Shown here in pieces: positions 1 through 7,896 of a stretch of DNA of 29,742 nt; the stretch's first letter is position 1; each line of letters opens with the position of its first letter. The stretch lies in the IMG/VR virus record IMGVR_UViG_3300044676_002816, positions 1 to 29,742 of that record; one strand, given 5' to 3'. A program made the position numbers and the translations under genes. Origin of the DNA: a virus. Its lineage: Duplodnaviria > Caudoviricetes. The notes under the pieces are model-generated. The model had not been told where the DNA came from. It saw only the letters and a list, made by a program, of their open reading frames with translations, and ran no database searches.

Positions 1-1072
1 ACACCACTCCATCTATGAAGTCCAGCCACGCCTTCGCCCCGTGACGGATGTCGTGTTGCTTAGCACTCTCCAGCAACAAGTGCTGAAGTTCGATACGAAG
101 GCTCTTATCGAGCAGTTTCTTAGTGGCCTTTACCCAGTCTATGGGACGCTTAGCGATGTAGAAACCATCGCCCCACTGCGAGTGCAGATCCGAGTAACTC
201 GGCAGCGCCGCGGCGATGAACGGAATACCAGAAGCCGCGTACTCTAAGCCTTTGATAGCGCTCTTAGCCATATTAAAGGGGGTATCCCGTAGAGGTACGA
301 TACCTATCTGCATCGTCAGCATTTGCGGATACTCCTCGGTGGTTCTCCGGGGAGTTCGCTCCACCATCTCGTCGGGCAGTCCGATCATGCTGGCAAACGA
401 TGGAGACGTGATGGCATCGCCAGCATGGAGCATCTTGATCTGGTCCTCACGTAAGAACCTCTCAAAGATGCCACGCAGTGTCTCAATGTCACCAGACCGG
501 TGCGATGTAGACCCTGCCCAGCCCACCGTAGGGATATCGACATCCTGATCGACGGGGGTGAACCGCCCCACGTCGATGCAGTTCGGAAGGATCAGAGGTT
601 CCTTCTTGAACTTCTCCTTGATGCGCTGAGCGAGATATGGGGTGCTCGTCGTAAGGTAATCAGAGGCCCTCATATTCTTGGCATAGAAGTTCGTGTTCTC
701 TACGGCGTTGTACTTGGGGTGCGATGCCTTGAACGCCTCGTTATTAGGGTCAAGCCCCCAATACCAGTCGTCAAGATCGTTGATAACCACCTGACCCTGC
801 TCCTGACCGAACCCAATGGACTGGTCCACCTTGTCGTGCATGATGCGCTGGAGTATTACCACGTCAGGAAACTTTATGCTCCCGTCAGCCTGCTCTACGG
901 CTAACATGCCATCTCTCTGCCACAGGGTGCCCACGTAGACCTCGTGACCGGCCTCGCGGAAGTATGGGATGTACTGACCGAGCCTTGCCCAGCCAGCCCC
1001 TCCCCACTTCTCTACCCCGTCAGGGGAGCGGTCAGCACGGAGGTAGTCGGCGCTGGCTACACCGATAATCAC
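1..1072 (-). CDS. Glycosyltransferase, GT-B fold (GT4-like); stop codon lies outside the window
   Basis: Not in the ORF track. Manual translation from GTG at 1072 (GTGA overlap with the WhiB stop) is open to base 1: MIIGVASADY...PDVVILQR...INDLDDWYW...TTSTPYLA...VGWAGSTSH...IGIVPLRDTPFNMAKSAIKGLEYAASGIPFIA. The last segment is the GT-B sugar-nucleotide binding signature. Confidence 0.88.
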   Translation of the reverse strand, partial: MIIGVASADYLRADRSPDGVEKWGGAGWARLGQYIPYFREAGHEVYVGTLWQRDGMLAVEQADGSIKFPDVVILQRIMHDKVDQSIGFGQEQGQVVINDLDDWYWGLDPNNEAFKASHPKYNAVENTNFYAKNMRASDYLTTSTPYLAQRIKEKFKKEPLILPNCIDVGRFTPVDQDVDIPTVGWAGSTSHRSGDIETLRGIFERFLREDQIKMLHAGDAITSPSFASMIGLPDEMVERTPRRTTEEYPQMLTMQIGIVPLRDTPFNMAKSAIKGLEYAASGIPFIAAALPSYSDLHSQWGDGFYIAKRPIDWVKATKKLLDKSLRIELQHLLLESAKQHDIRHGAKAWLDFIDGVV

Positions 1073-1314
1073 AAGAACCTACGTTCCTTGCTGGTGAGAC
1101 CTCCATAGATACCGAACGTGATGTTGTTACGGATAGCGAAGTCCAGACACTCAGTCCGTGAGGGACACCCAGCGCATAGCGCCTTGATGCGGTCGAAGTA
1201 CCGTCGGTCGTAGAACAGCGTGGTGTCCTCTCCCTTACAGAGAGCCTTGTCACGCCACCCAGTGTGGGTGTCAGGGCTGGGGAGGAACGGGAGGTCGGTG
1301 TCGGTTGTGCTCAT
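1069..1314 (-). CDS. whiB: WhiB-family Fe-S transcription factor
   Basis: WRDKALC...LFY...KALCAGCPSRTECLDFA...FGIYGGLTSKERR: four Cys plus the G-[IV]-[WY]-G-G turn. Confidence 0.93.
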   Translation of the reverse strand: MSTTDTDLPFLPSPDTHTGWRDKALCKGEDTTLFYDRRYFDRIKALCAGCPSRTECLDFAIRNNITFGIYGGLTSKERRFL

Positions 1315-1323
1315 AGACGGGTC

Positions 1324-1353
1324 ATCCTAGCGCCCCAGTAGCGAACCAATCAA
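1324..1353 (-). promoter_or_regulatory. Putative SigA-type promoter for whiB and the glycosyltransferase
   Basis: Minus strand TTGATT-N18-TAGGAT, 9 nt before the ATG at 1314, with no SD. Confidence 0.5.
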
Positions 1354-1706
1354 GTCTTCTTCCGACGCTTGAGGTGTGGGCGCACCTGATCTTTGGCAGA
1401 TGCCAGATCCAGAGGCAGCCCATCAGCGCGGGGGAAATCGTCGAGAGCAGTCACCAATACCCTTGACTTGTTCAGGGCATAGCGTTGATTACGCCTGTCT
1501 TTGGGGGTCATACCACCCCATAGCCCATACTCTTCTTCCCAACCCGCCTCAGCGCACTCTCGAAGCACCGGGCAGTGCTCGCAGACGAACTTGCCGAGCC
1601 AGTAATACTGGGACTCCGGCCCCTGTCTATCTTCCTTAAATAATGGAGGAAAGAACATATCGGGATGAAGTCCTCTACAAAGAGCATCATCCATGTTCAT
1701 CGTCAA
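1350..1706 (-). CDS. whiB: WhiB-family transcription factor with basic C-terminal extension
   Basis: ALCRG..PDMFFP...VCEHCPVLREC...EEYGLWGGMTPKDRR; ends HLKRRKKT. The exact start (1706/1700/1694) is uncertain. Confidence 0.92.
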   Translation of the reverse strand: MTMNMDDALCRGLHPDMFFPPLFKEDRQGPESQYYWLGKFVCEHCPVLRECAEAGWEEEYGLWGGMTPKDRRNQRYALNKSRVLVTALDDFPRADGLPLDLASAKDQVRPHLKRRKKT

Positions 1707-3129
1707 TTATCTCCGAATTGATGATGTAGTCATTTAAATCATCATCTGACAGAGGATTACTTAATTGATTAGCCCTGTCAGCGGCTTTGTCACCGAATAT
1801 ACGAGACAGTACACCAGCACCACCACGTGCCTCAACTTCAAACCGTAATAGGTCTCTAGTATCTTCGATATCTTTAAACTCTCTCACGAGTTTAAACAGA
1901 CGTTCCATCTCTGCTGAAAGAGTTGGGTCCATACCTTGGCCCTCTAATTCCTCAGCGAACTTAGCGAACAGGACACGGCTGGTCTGCATCTCCAACATGG
2001 CCGTGAGCGTGGCCCGTAACTGTTCTTTCGTGCGTATCTCTACGGGAATCTTGTATGCACATTCTGCATGTTCCCGAAACCCGGGACATCTGGAGGCCAG
2101 ATAGCAACTATCGCAATTGCGGAGGTTGCTACTAGCGTAAGAGATCGTACTGACCTCTTTCTGTTCTAAATCAATGACTTCCTCACCATCAGGGGTGGTA
2201 TGCGTACCGTTCGTAACCTCCCTAGACACCCCCATAACCGGTAGTAATAACTTCTCACTTTCGTGCCGTGTTTGAGGGGGGTCGGTAGTAATAGCAGGTA
2301 CCCTAGAAACCGGATTAGGCCCACTTACGTTTTCGGGCAGATAGTTACTATCTGCCCCCTCACTATTACTATCGAACTCGGCCTCGTCATCGTCCTGTGG
2401 AGGGTGGTAGGCCCCACCGCCGACAGCGTTGCTCTCCCACATCAGCCATGACTTGACGGCGAGTTTGGCGCACTCCGATACATCGTCAGAGTCAATAGCG
2501 TCATAGTCAATGCCTAAACGAATGATGTCAGCACGGTGCTTTTTACGGGCTGAATCCTTCTTCTGTGAGGGGTACCTACGCAGTCCATGACCGTCCCAAA
2601 TCTGCGTCTCACCGTATCTAACAACGCTGGTCCAAGAGGATACAATGACTGTATCCCAGTCGATGGATTCAATCGTATCTACCTTGCTGGTAAGCCCGTA
2701 CAGACTGACACCCCAACGCTGCTGTAACTGCCTAATGCGGGGCAGAGTTTTGCTATTTATAGCCCTATCACTGATGGCTACACGACCGTACTTCTGGCAT
2801 AGATGAGCAAGCCTTTCTAAGTCTTTATCATCGTTCCATAGGGGCACGTACTTCTCCCCCAGCCAGTCTCCGTTGTAATCTGGACGCCCGATAACCGCTG
2901 ATATCTCGTCGGCGTGGGTACGGACGAACTCGTCAAACCCAGCAGTATCCTCGTCCCCGTCTGATGTGTAGAGGAACACCTCCGCACCCCCGAGCAGGTC
3001 AACGAGGTTGACTTCCTTGGTCTTGGGGACGTTGTACTGGGTCAGATTGAGGGCAATACGGGGGGCACCGTTGGCAATAAGGATGTTCCTGTAGGTGCCC
3101 TTCTCACCCCCAGAGAGCGCTATTCTCAA
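1687..3129 (-). CDS. Two-domain protein: N-terminal degenerate TGT/DpdA-like barrel (tentative), acidic linker, C-terminal 4-Cys cluster domain
   Basis: YVPLWN...YGRVAI...LYGLT...WDTVIVSSWTSVVRYGE echoes the phage TGT-like pattern (PVxH...yvalG...HGLG...fdSvDSsSW...ryG) without the catalytic Asp. C-terminal CDSCYLASRC-x8-C. TTGA overlap with the upstream gene. Confidence 0.5.
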   Translation of the reverse strand: MRIALSGGEKGTYRNILIANGAPRIALNLTQYNVPKTKEVNLVDLLGGAEVFLYTSDGDEDTAGFDEFVRTHADEISAVIGRPDYNGDWLGEKYVPLWNDDKDLERLAHLCQKYGRVAISDRAINSKTLPRIRQLQQRWGVSLYGLTSKVDTIESIDWDTVIVSSWTSVVRYGETQIWDGHGLRRYPSQKKDSARKKHRADIIRLGIDYDAIDSDDVSECAKLAVKSWLMWESNAVGGGAYHPPQDDDEAEFDSNSEGADSNYLPENVSGPNPVSRVPAITTDPPQTRHESEKLLLPVMGVSREVTNGTHTTPDGEEVIDLEQKEVSTISYASSNLRNCDSCYLASRCPGFREHAECAYKIPVEIRTKEQLRATLTAMLEMQTSRVLFAKFAEELEGQGMDPTLSAEMERLFKLVREFKDIEDTRDLLRFEVEARGGAGVLSRIFGDKAADRANQLSNPLSDDDLNDYIINSEIIDDEHG

Positions 3130-3602
3130 TCTAGATCACCCCACGTCTTTTCAGCCTTAGCGATAGCCTGTCGATCTATCTCATCGACAAGGTTATCCCA
3201 CCCCTTCATCTGTTTCGTGGATGACCACTCAGGTCGTACAATGAAGGGCTGGCACATAAGGAATGACGGGATACCTAGGGCATAGGTCTCCTTAACGGTA
3301 TCGGGGTCCACGTCGATGTACATATTGCGACCCCCCGCTGCGGCGAGGATCGCTGCTGCTTTTTCGGCGCACACCTTGGACTCCGTTGTTCCAGTGGTGT
3401 CGTACATGATGGCCTTGATCTGGTTGATCTTCATCCAGTTCTGGAACATGACGGTATCTGGGTCCCCGCTGTAGAGGACCCCTAGACGCCCTACAGAAGC
3501 CTCAAAGAGGCTACGCCATAGGTACACGCCCTCTGGATCGGGGACTCTTGCGCCCAACTCCTCACCGGGTCGAGCCAGCACGTTGAAGTTGAATAGGATC
3601 AC
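3126..3602 (-). CDS. HAD-fold-like protein, probably catalytically degenerate
   Basis: GTG start at 3602 overlaps the upstream TGA. ILFNFNVL sits in the motif-I position (DxD replaced by NxN); MYIDVDPDTV...GIPSFL resembles the HAD motif IV region. Confidence 0.45.
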   Translation of the reverse strand: MILFNFNVLARPGEELGARVPDPEGVYLWRSLFEASVGRLGVLYSGDPDTVMFQNWMKINQIKAIMYDTTGTTESKVCAEKAAAILAAAGGRNMYIDVDPDTVKETYALGIPSFLMCQPFIVRPEWSSTKQMKGWDNLVDEIDRQAIAKAEKTWGDLD

Positions 3603-3793
3603 TCGTCCACCATGAAATGGTATGAAACGAACCCACACCACGCCCATACCAGCACCTTGCCGAACGGCTTAGAGCCTAAGAGGCGCAACAATCTGGTGAT
3701 AGTGGGAACGGCGTGCGACACCAAGGCGACGATCTCATATATACAACCCACCAGCAGAGCGATATTCAGTGCTTTCTGCGTGGTGGTGTTCAT
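3599..3793 (-). CDS. Small membrane protein (64 aa)
   Basis: ATG at 3793 in a TGATG overlap; two hydrophobic stretches (IALLVGCIYEIVALV; VLVWAWCGFVSYHF). Confidence 0.7.
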   Translation of the reverse strand: MNTTTQKALNIALLVGCIYEIVALVSHAVPTITRLLRLLGSKPFGKVLVWAWCGFVSYHFMVDE

Positions 3794-4272
3794 CAGAACT
3801 TGCGCTTCTTGTTGAGTTGGTGCTCCACGTACGAGTGGTACGGGCAGAAGTCGCAGAGGTAGTTCCACTCTTCGGGGGGCAGGCCAGCGGTACGCCCGAT
3901 AGCACGGCTCTTGTCACGGTAGTCAGGGCACCCAGAGCCGTACCCAGCGCCCACTGTGGGCCTGTTGTGGAGGTTGTAGCACCCCAGAGCGTCCGTCTTG
4001 TATTGCTCACGCTCACCCCGCAGGAACTCCTCTAGACGACCGTCGTGGACCGCCTGCTGAAGGCGAGTCTCGTCAATAAGGTCTAACTCAGCGTCGTCAA
4101 TGCTGAAGAGGTTCGCCTTGTGACGATCAGGGGGGCCACCGAACTTGCGGAAGTGCAGGTCAATAGCATCACGTAGGTGATGGTCATGCTTTGCCTCTGG
4201 GTCATTCTCCGAGGCATAGTCGGGCAGTTTGTCCACCGTCTTACAGGTGTTGCAGATCAAGAGACGTGCCAT
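3793..4272 (-). CDS. Hypothetical Cys/His-rich metal-binding protein
   Basis: CNTC..., CYNLH, C, YLCDFCPYH; strong SD AAGGAG 6 nt upstream of the ATG. Confidence 0.8.
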   Translation of the reverse strand: MARLLICNTCKTVDKLPDYASENDPEAKHDHHLRDAIDLHFRKFGGPPDRHKANLFSIDDAELDLIDETRLQQAVHDGRLEEFLRGEREQYKTDALGCYNLHNRPTVGAGYGSGCPDYRDKSRAIGRTAGLPPEEWNYLCDFCPYHSYVEHQLNKKRKF

Positions 4273-4287
4273 ATTGTGCTCCTTAGT

Positions 4288-4316
4288 TGAACTCGCTAAG
4301 CGAGTTCAGTGTAACA
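4288..4316 (-). promoter_or_regulatory. Extended -10 (TGTTACACT) abutting a 21-bp palindrome
   Basis: TGAACTCGCT-A-AGCGAGTTCA at 4288-4308; the -10 box is at 4308-4316. Confidence 0.6.
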
Positions 4317-4318
4317 AA

Positions 4319-4546
4319 TCAGGCGTGGTCGGAGAGGGATGCCACACGGGCACCCGCGTACGCCTGAGCCGGGTTAACACCCACCACCGGGTCGTACAGT
4401 TCCTCACTGAGAGCAGCCCTAACGGCGTCAGCGCAATGACCGTTGAACAAGTCACCACCACGATCAGGGTTAGACTTCTTGACCATACCGTCCGTAATTC
4501 CCTCACGAAGGTCTGCGTTCATACTGCGGGTTTCATTAACTGCCAT
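4319..4546 (-). CDS. Hypothetical protein (75 aa), probably translated leaderless
   Basis: The ORF fills the gap; TGATAGGAT extended -10 lies 6 nt before the ATG and there is no SD. Confidence 0.75.
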   Translation of the reverse strand: MAVNETRSMNADLREGITDGMVKKSNPDRGGDLFNGHCADAVRAALSEELYDPVVGVNPAQAYAGARVASLSDHA

Positions 4547-4552
4547 GTCAAT

Positions 4553-4561
4553 ATCCTATCA
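4553..4561 (-). promoter_or_regulatory. Extended -10 of a leaderless promoter
   Basis: TG-A-TAGGAT-ATTGAC-ATG; the spacing puts +1 at the start codon. Confidence 0.55.
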
Positions 4562-4566
4562 TAAGG

Positions 4567-5385
4567 TCATCGCCAAATAAGCGGTATATTAGAGCGGCTT
4601 CCTGCCTGTCTTGCTCTCTCAGGATCAGACAGCCACTCACGTGATTGGGTGCGACTTGTTGCGGGCTTACTGGGGGTGGCAGTGGTCTCAATAACTGGAC
4701 CCATAGGAATGACGCCACCCGTAGGCTCTCTTAGGGGTCCGAACTGTGAGCGACCCATAGATTCAGTCATACTGATCTTCTGCGCTTGACGGTCGAACGG
4801 CGTTTTTGCGGCAGGTAGAGCGAGCATGGGCTTGGCCTTCTTAGTACCAAGACGCACGCTTTCCATGTCGCTTAGTCCGCGCTTAAGATCTATGGTGAGT
4901 CCGACATCGTAGTCAGCCTTCTTTAACCTTTCATTGGTGGCCTTATTGTCGTCGTACTTCCTTTTAAGCGCCCTACCAATGGGGGCGGCTACTGCCCCAA
5001 CGCCCCGGAGTGCTCCTTCAATACCCGCTCCAGCGACTGAAGGGTCCCAAGTAGCCTCGCTCGGCCTGTCAAACCGACCCTCAACTCCTTGAGCCATTAC
5101 TCTAGGACCTGCCGGTCCCATTTTCTGGGGCCTATCAGGAGGCCCACCTTCGGGGGTAGGGCCTTCTGTAGGCATATTAACCATGCCACCACGTGACGCA
5201 GTACGACCGCTCTTCCCAGACCACGTGTTGGTTCCAGACGGTGCGCTTAGAAACGATGATCCAACCTGCTGGCGGTTAAATCGTGCGGATTGTGTAAGAC
5301 CACCTACGCCAATACCGCCCGCTTCATACGGGTTCTGGTAGGCGCGAGTGGACTGCCGAAGGTCGAAATATTTGTCTTTAGACAT
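4567..5385 (-). CDS. Hypothetical G/P/R/S-rich, likely disordered basic protein
   Basis: 272-aa ORF, TAATG-coupled to the upstream gene; low complexity; ends IWR. Confidence 0.75.
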   Translation of the reverse strand: MSKDKYFDLRQSTRAYQNPYEAGGIGVGGLTQSARFNRQQVGSSFLSAPSGTNTWSGKSGRTASRGGMVNMPTEGPTPEGGPPDRPQKMGPAGPRVMAQGVEGRFDRPSEATWDPSVAGAGIEGALRGVGAVAAPIGRALKRKYDDNKATNERLKKADYDVGLTIDLKRGLSDMESVRLGTKKAKPMLALPAAKTPFDRQAQKISMTESMGRSQFGPLREPTGGVIPMGPVIETTATPSKPATSRTQSREWLSDPERARQAGSRSNIPLIWR

Positions 5386-5666
5386 TACATACCACCGGCC
5401 TTCAGCACTTGTGCGGGGGGCGGGATCTCCATGCTTGCGTACTTGGTACGGCTTAGATTACGGCTACTAATGTTGCCGAGATGTGAAGGGTCACGGGCAA
5501 CACGCATGGCCCTAGCGCGATTACCGATGATGCCAGCCTCTGATTCACGGTCCCAGTCACGAGAAGGAGACCCAGTAATACCCATCTGCTGACTACGAGC
5601 AAAGTCACGATCAGGATTGATCGACTCACTAGCCATGGATTGGGTGTACGGACCCTGCTGTTCCAT
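5385..5666 (-). CDS. Hypothetical small disordered protein
   Basis: TAATG overlap at 5666 (alternative start 5672); S/R/M/G-rich. Confidence 0.75.
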   Translation of the reverse strand: MEQQGPYTQSMASESINPDRDFARSQQMGITGSPSRDWDRESEAGIIGNRARAMRVARDPSHLGNISSRNLSRTKYASMEIPPPAQVLKAGGM

Positions 5667-5965
5667 TACCAAGTCCCTTCACTCATGGAGTTACGAGCAG
5701 TGCCAGACCAACTCTGGTCGCTCATGACGCTCGGCATGACCGGCATACCCGACACCCAAGAGCGGTATGAAGGGGTATAGCGGTCGATATTCATGACCTC
5801 ATAGATATCCCATACCTGCTTAGCAAAGCCTCGGCGCTCTGGGAACGGGTTTTGGGGCGCGGCAACCGGGCGCATCTCACGCAACTCCTCGGGAGTAGCA
5901 GCGAGAGCGCCCTCAAGAGCGAGATCGACCAGATACTCGCTTCGGGTCTGCCACGGTCCAGCCAT
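5666..5965 (-). CDS. Hypothetical protein (99 aa)
   Basis: TGATG-coupled; PWQTRSEYLVDLAL...NPFPERRGF. Confidence 0.78.
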   Translation of the reverse strand: MAGPWQTRSEYLVDLALEGALAATPEELREMRPVAAPQNPFPERRGFAKQVWDIYEVMNIDRYTPSYRSWVSGMPVMPSVMSDQSWSGTARNSMSEGTW

Positions 5966-6366
5966 CAGTACGCCGTGTAGTTACCTGAACCCTTAGGCCC
6001 CTCAAAGCGCTCGCCCTTCTTGAAGGGAGCGTAGTCGTCAGGGTCCATGTCCATGTCCTGATCGTAGGGCTTCCTCGCGGTAACGTCGCCCACGCGGGGC
6101 ATACCTGCGGGGTCGTTGCCCTCGCCCACGGCAAACTGCTTCATACCCATGTTCTTGTTCTTGGTATGGATTGGGATGATGGGGCGGGAACTCTTAGGGT
6201 CATCCTTGGAGTGAGGACCATAGCCTCCTCTGTTCACCATGCGCTTAGGTGGGGTTCTGTTGAGAGGTGAGCCTGTTGGGGGCGCATACTGCTTAGGGTA
6301 ATCACCCGTGGGCTTCACAGGAATCATGGGGCGCTTCATGCCCTGCGGGTTCGCTTCATCAGCCAT
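5965..6366 (-). CDS. Hypothetical P/G/K/M-rich disordered protein
   Basis: TAATG overlap at 6366 (alternative start 6381); contains RKPYDQD. Confidence 0.75.
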   Translation of the reverse strand: MADEANPQGMKRPMIPVKPTGDYPKQYAPPTGSPLNRTPPKRMVNRGGYGPHSKDDPKSSRPIIPIHTKNKNMGMKQFAVGEGNDPAGMPRVGDVTARKPYDQDMDMDPDDYAPFKKGERFEGPKGSGNYTAY

Positions 6367-6743
6367 TATGCCATATCCCATCCGGTCACTGACCTTCTTG
6401 CTTTACCATCTTGACCTGTAACTTCAAAGGAACGACCTTTTAAGTTAACGGTTTTACCGAGGAACTTATTCGGGTTCGCACCGGGACCCGTCATAGTTCC
6501 TTCTTGAAGGGCGTAGGAGCCACCCTCGTCATCGAACATAGTGTCCCCGTCAAAGCGAGACACCGTAGCCATTTTGCGGATGTTACTAGGACTCAGAACG
6601 TCCTGACCACGACGTGCAGCAAAGCCAACGCTAGAAGTATTGACTTCGTGCTCTCCTACGTTATAAACATCCATAACATTTTGAACATGAGAGTCACGGG
6701 CTTCCCCGACCCCTTTGTGCATGTGTTCAGGTGAATGTGGCAT
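6366..6743 (-). CDS. Hypothetical protein with MPHSPEHMH leader (copy 1)
   Basis: SD GGAG followed by ATG within the 38-bp repeat; 125 aa. Confidence 0.8.
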   Translation of the reverse strand: MPHSPEHMHKGVGEARDSHVQNVMDVYNVGEHEVNTSSVGFAARRGQDVLSPSNIRKMATVSRFDGDTMFDDEGGSYALQEGTMTGPGANPNKFLGKTVNLKGRSFEVTGQDGKARRSVTGWDMA

Positions 6744-6754
6744 AACTATCTCCA
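6717..6754. repeat. 38-bp exact direct repeat, copy 1
   Basis: gtgcatgtgttcaggtgaatgtggcataactatctcca, identical to 7073-7110. Confidence 0.97.
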
Positions 6755-7099
6755 GCCGGAGTCGTCGTCTTTGGCGATGTCTGGGGCATCGAGGAAGGCT
6801 TGAGGAGTTCGTTGGTGCAGATGCACGTCGTCTCTGGTATTCGGAAAACGACTAAAGTCATCTGGAGAATAACCCTGATTCACCGCCAGATTCTGACGAC
6901 GCTTAGACTCTGTATGTGCCATAGAGTTCCACGTGTTCAGACTAGGTACCCTCTTGAGAACCGCCTCCTTCATACGGGAAGTAAGAGGTTCTTTATCGGA
7001 TACAGGTCCCCACCCGCTAGGCTCTGGGCGCTGTCCGGTAGGCATACCGCTGCGGGCGGAATCTGCTCCGTCGTGCATGTGTTCAGGTGAATGTGGCAT
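6746..7099 (-). CDS. Hypothetical protein with MPHSPEHMH leader (copy 2)
   Basis: ATG at 7099 with the same SD as copy 1; 117 aa; ends WR inside the downstream repeat. Confidence 0.8.
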   Translation of the reverse strand: MPHSPEHMHDGADSARSGMPTGQRPEPSGWGPVSDKEPLTSRMKEAVLKRVPSLNTWNSMAHTESKRRQNLAVNQGYSPDDFSRFPNTRDDVHLHQRTPQAFLDAPDIAKDDDSGWR

Positions 7100-7110
7100 A
7101 ACTATCTCCA
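7073..7110. repeat. 38-bp exact direct repeat, copy 2
   Basis: Identical to 6717-6754; period 356 bp. Confidence 0.97.
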
Positions 7111-7593
7111 ACTAGGTACGAGGCGCTTAAGCATTGACTGCCTCTGCACATCAATCTGTTCTTGCTGGGGGCGGTCAAGTCCTCGTGGGATACCACGGGG
7201 GCCTGCCTTACCATCATTAGTAAGTCTAATAGGTTCTGCACCGGGAGGTGCGAATTTCTGACCTACAGCCTGTAGTTCTAACCCTGTCATAGGGTTGAAT
7301 TCCTCAGGCCATAAGTAGTCTCCGGGGTTGACACGCTCACCCTTATGCACTCCGCGACTATAAGACCTATGGTTCTGGCGTTTTACGGCGCTAAGCAACT
7401 TGTCCTGACGACGGTTGCTGTCCATGGTCCCGAGGTATCCGTCGGGAAAGTTGGTGTCTGGCGTCGCACCAAATGCCGCTAACTGCCTGTCCTTTGCATC
7501 GCGGAAGACGGGAGCAGGCCCGAGAACGGGCTGCGACTCTCCACCGGCTGGGTCATACCCACCGGCCCAGTTGCTAAAGGTCTGCTGGTTCAT
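7102..7593 (-). CDS. Hypothetical phage protein (163 aa)
   Basis: ATGA-coupled; core FPDGYLGT..NRRQDKLL...RSYSRGVHKGERVNPGDYLWP looks like a conserved family; ends SWR. Confidence 0.8.
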   Translation of the reverse strand: MNQQTFSNWAGGYDPAGGESQPVLGPAPVFRDAKDRQLAAFGATPDTNFPDGYLGTMDSNRRQDKLLSAVKRQNHRSYSRGVHKGERVNPGDYLWPEEFNPMTGLELQAVGQKFAPPGAEPIRLTNDGKAGPRGIPRGLDRPQQEQIDVQRQSMLKRLVPSWR

Positions 7594-7754
7594 CGCCCGT
7601 TAGCAGTGCCTGTGGCTTGTGTGAAAGCCATGAGAGAGCCACCACGGCCCCCACCAACTGTAGAGATAGGGCGAGGACCCGTGTCATTATGGGCAGCACG
7701 CTCTTGCCTCTCCTGCTCAGCGATCATTCGGTTTGGAGGACGCTGGATGATCAT
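7590..7754 (-). CDS. Small hypothetical protein (54 aa), below the ORF-track cutoff
   Basis: MIIQRPPNRMIAEQERQERAAHNDTGPRPISTVGGGRGGSLMAFTQATGTANGR; TAATG overlap upstream and ATGA overlap downstream. Confidence 0.7.
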   Translation of the reverse strand: MIIQRPPNRMIAEQERQERAAHNDTGPRPISTVGGGRGGSLMAFTQATGTANGR

Positions 7755-7888
7755 TAGTCCCAGTCCTTATGCTTGTGCGTGAACTTCTCAAAGTCGTCCG
7801 AATCGTACAAGTCCTTATACCTAGTGGGCACTTTGTCCAACAAGTCGTCGTCTTCAAGACGCTCTTCGTTTAAATTGTCAGGTTGCAT
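7754..7888 (-). CDS. Small acidic hypothetical protein (44 aa), below the ORF-track cutoff
   Basis: MQPDNLNEERLEDDDLLDKVPTRYKDLYDSDDFEKFTHKHKDWD; fills the gap exactly and is coupled to the next ORF. Confidence 0.65.
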   Translation of the reverse strand: MQPDNLNEERLEDDDLLDKVPTRYKDLYDSDDFEKFTHKHKDWD

Positions 7889-7896
7889 AAACCGTG

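Noticed and set aside
4288-4308. GAAC...GTTC as a Gram-positive LexA SOS box
   Set aside because: The SOS box needs GAAC-N4-GTTC; the spacing here is 11 nt (23 nt in the polymerase hairpin).
6717-7110. 38-bp repeat as a mini-CRISPR or att site
   Set aside because: Only two copies, the 318-bp interval is coding, the repeat is not palindromic, and there is no integrase in the window.
7594-7896. Apparent non-coding gap as ncRNA/tRNA
   Set aside because: Filled exactly by two coupled small ORFs; no cloverleaf or T-loop motif was seen here or elsewhere in the window.
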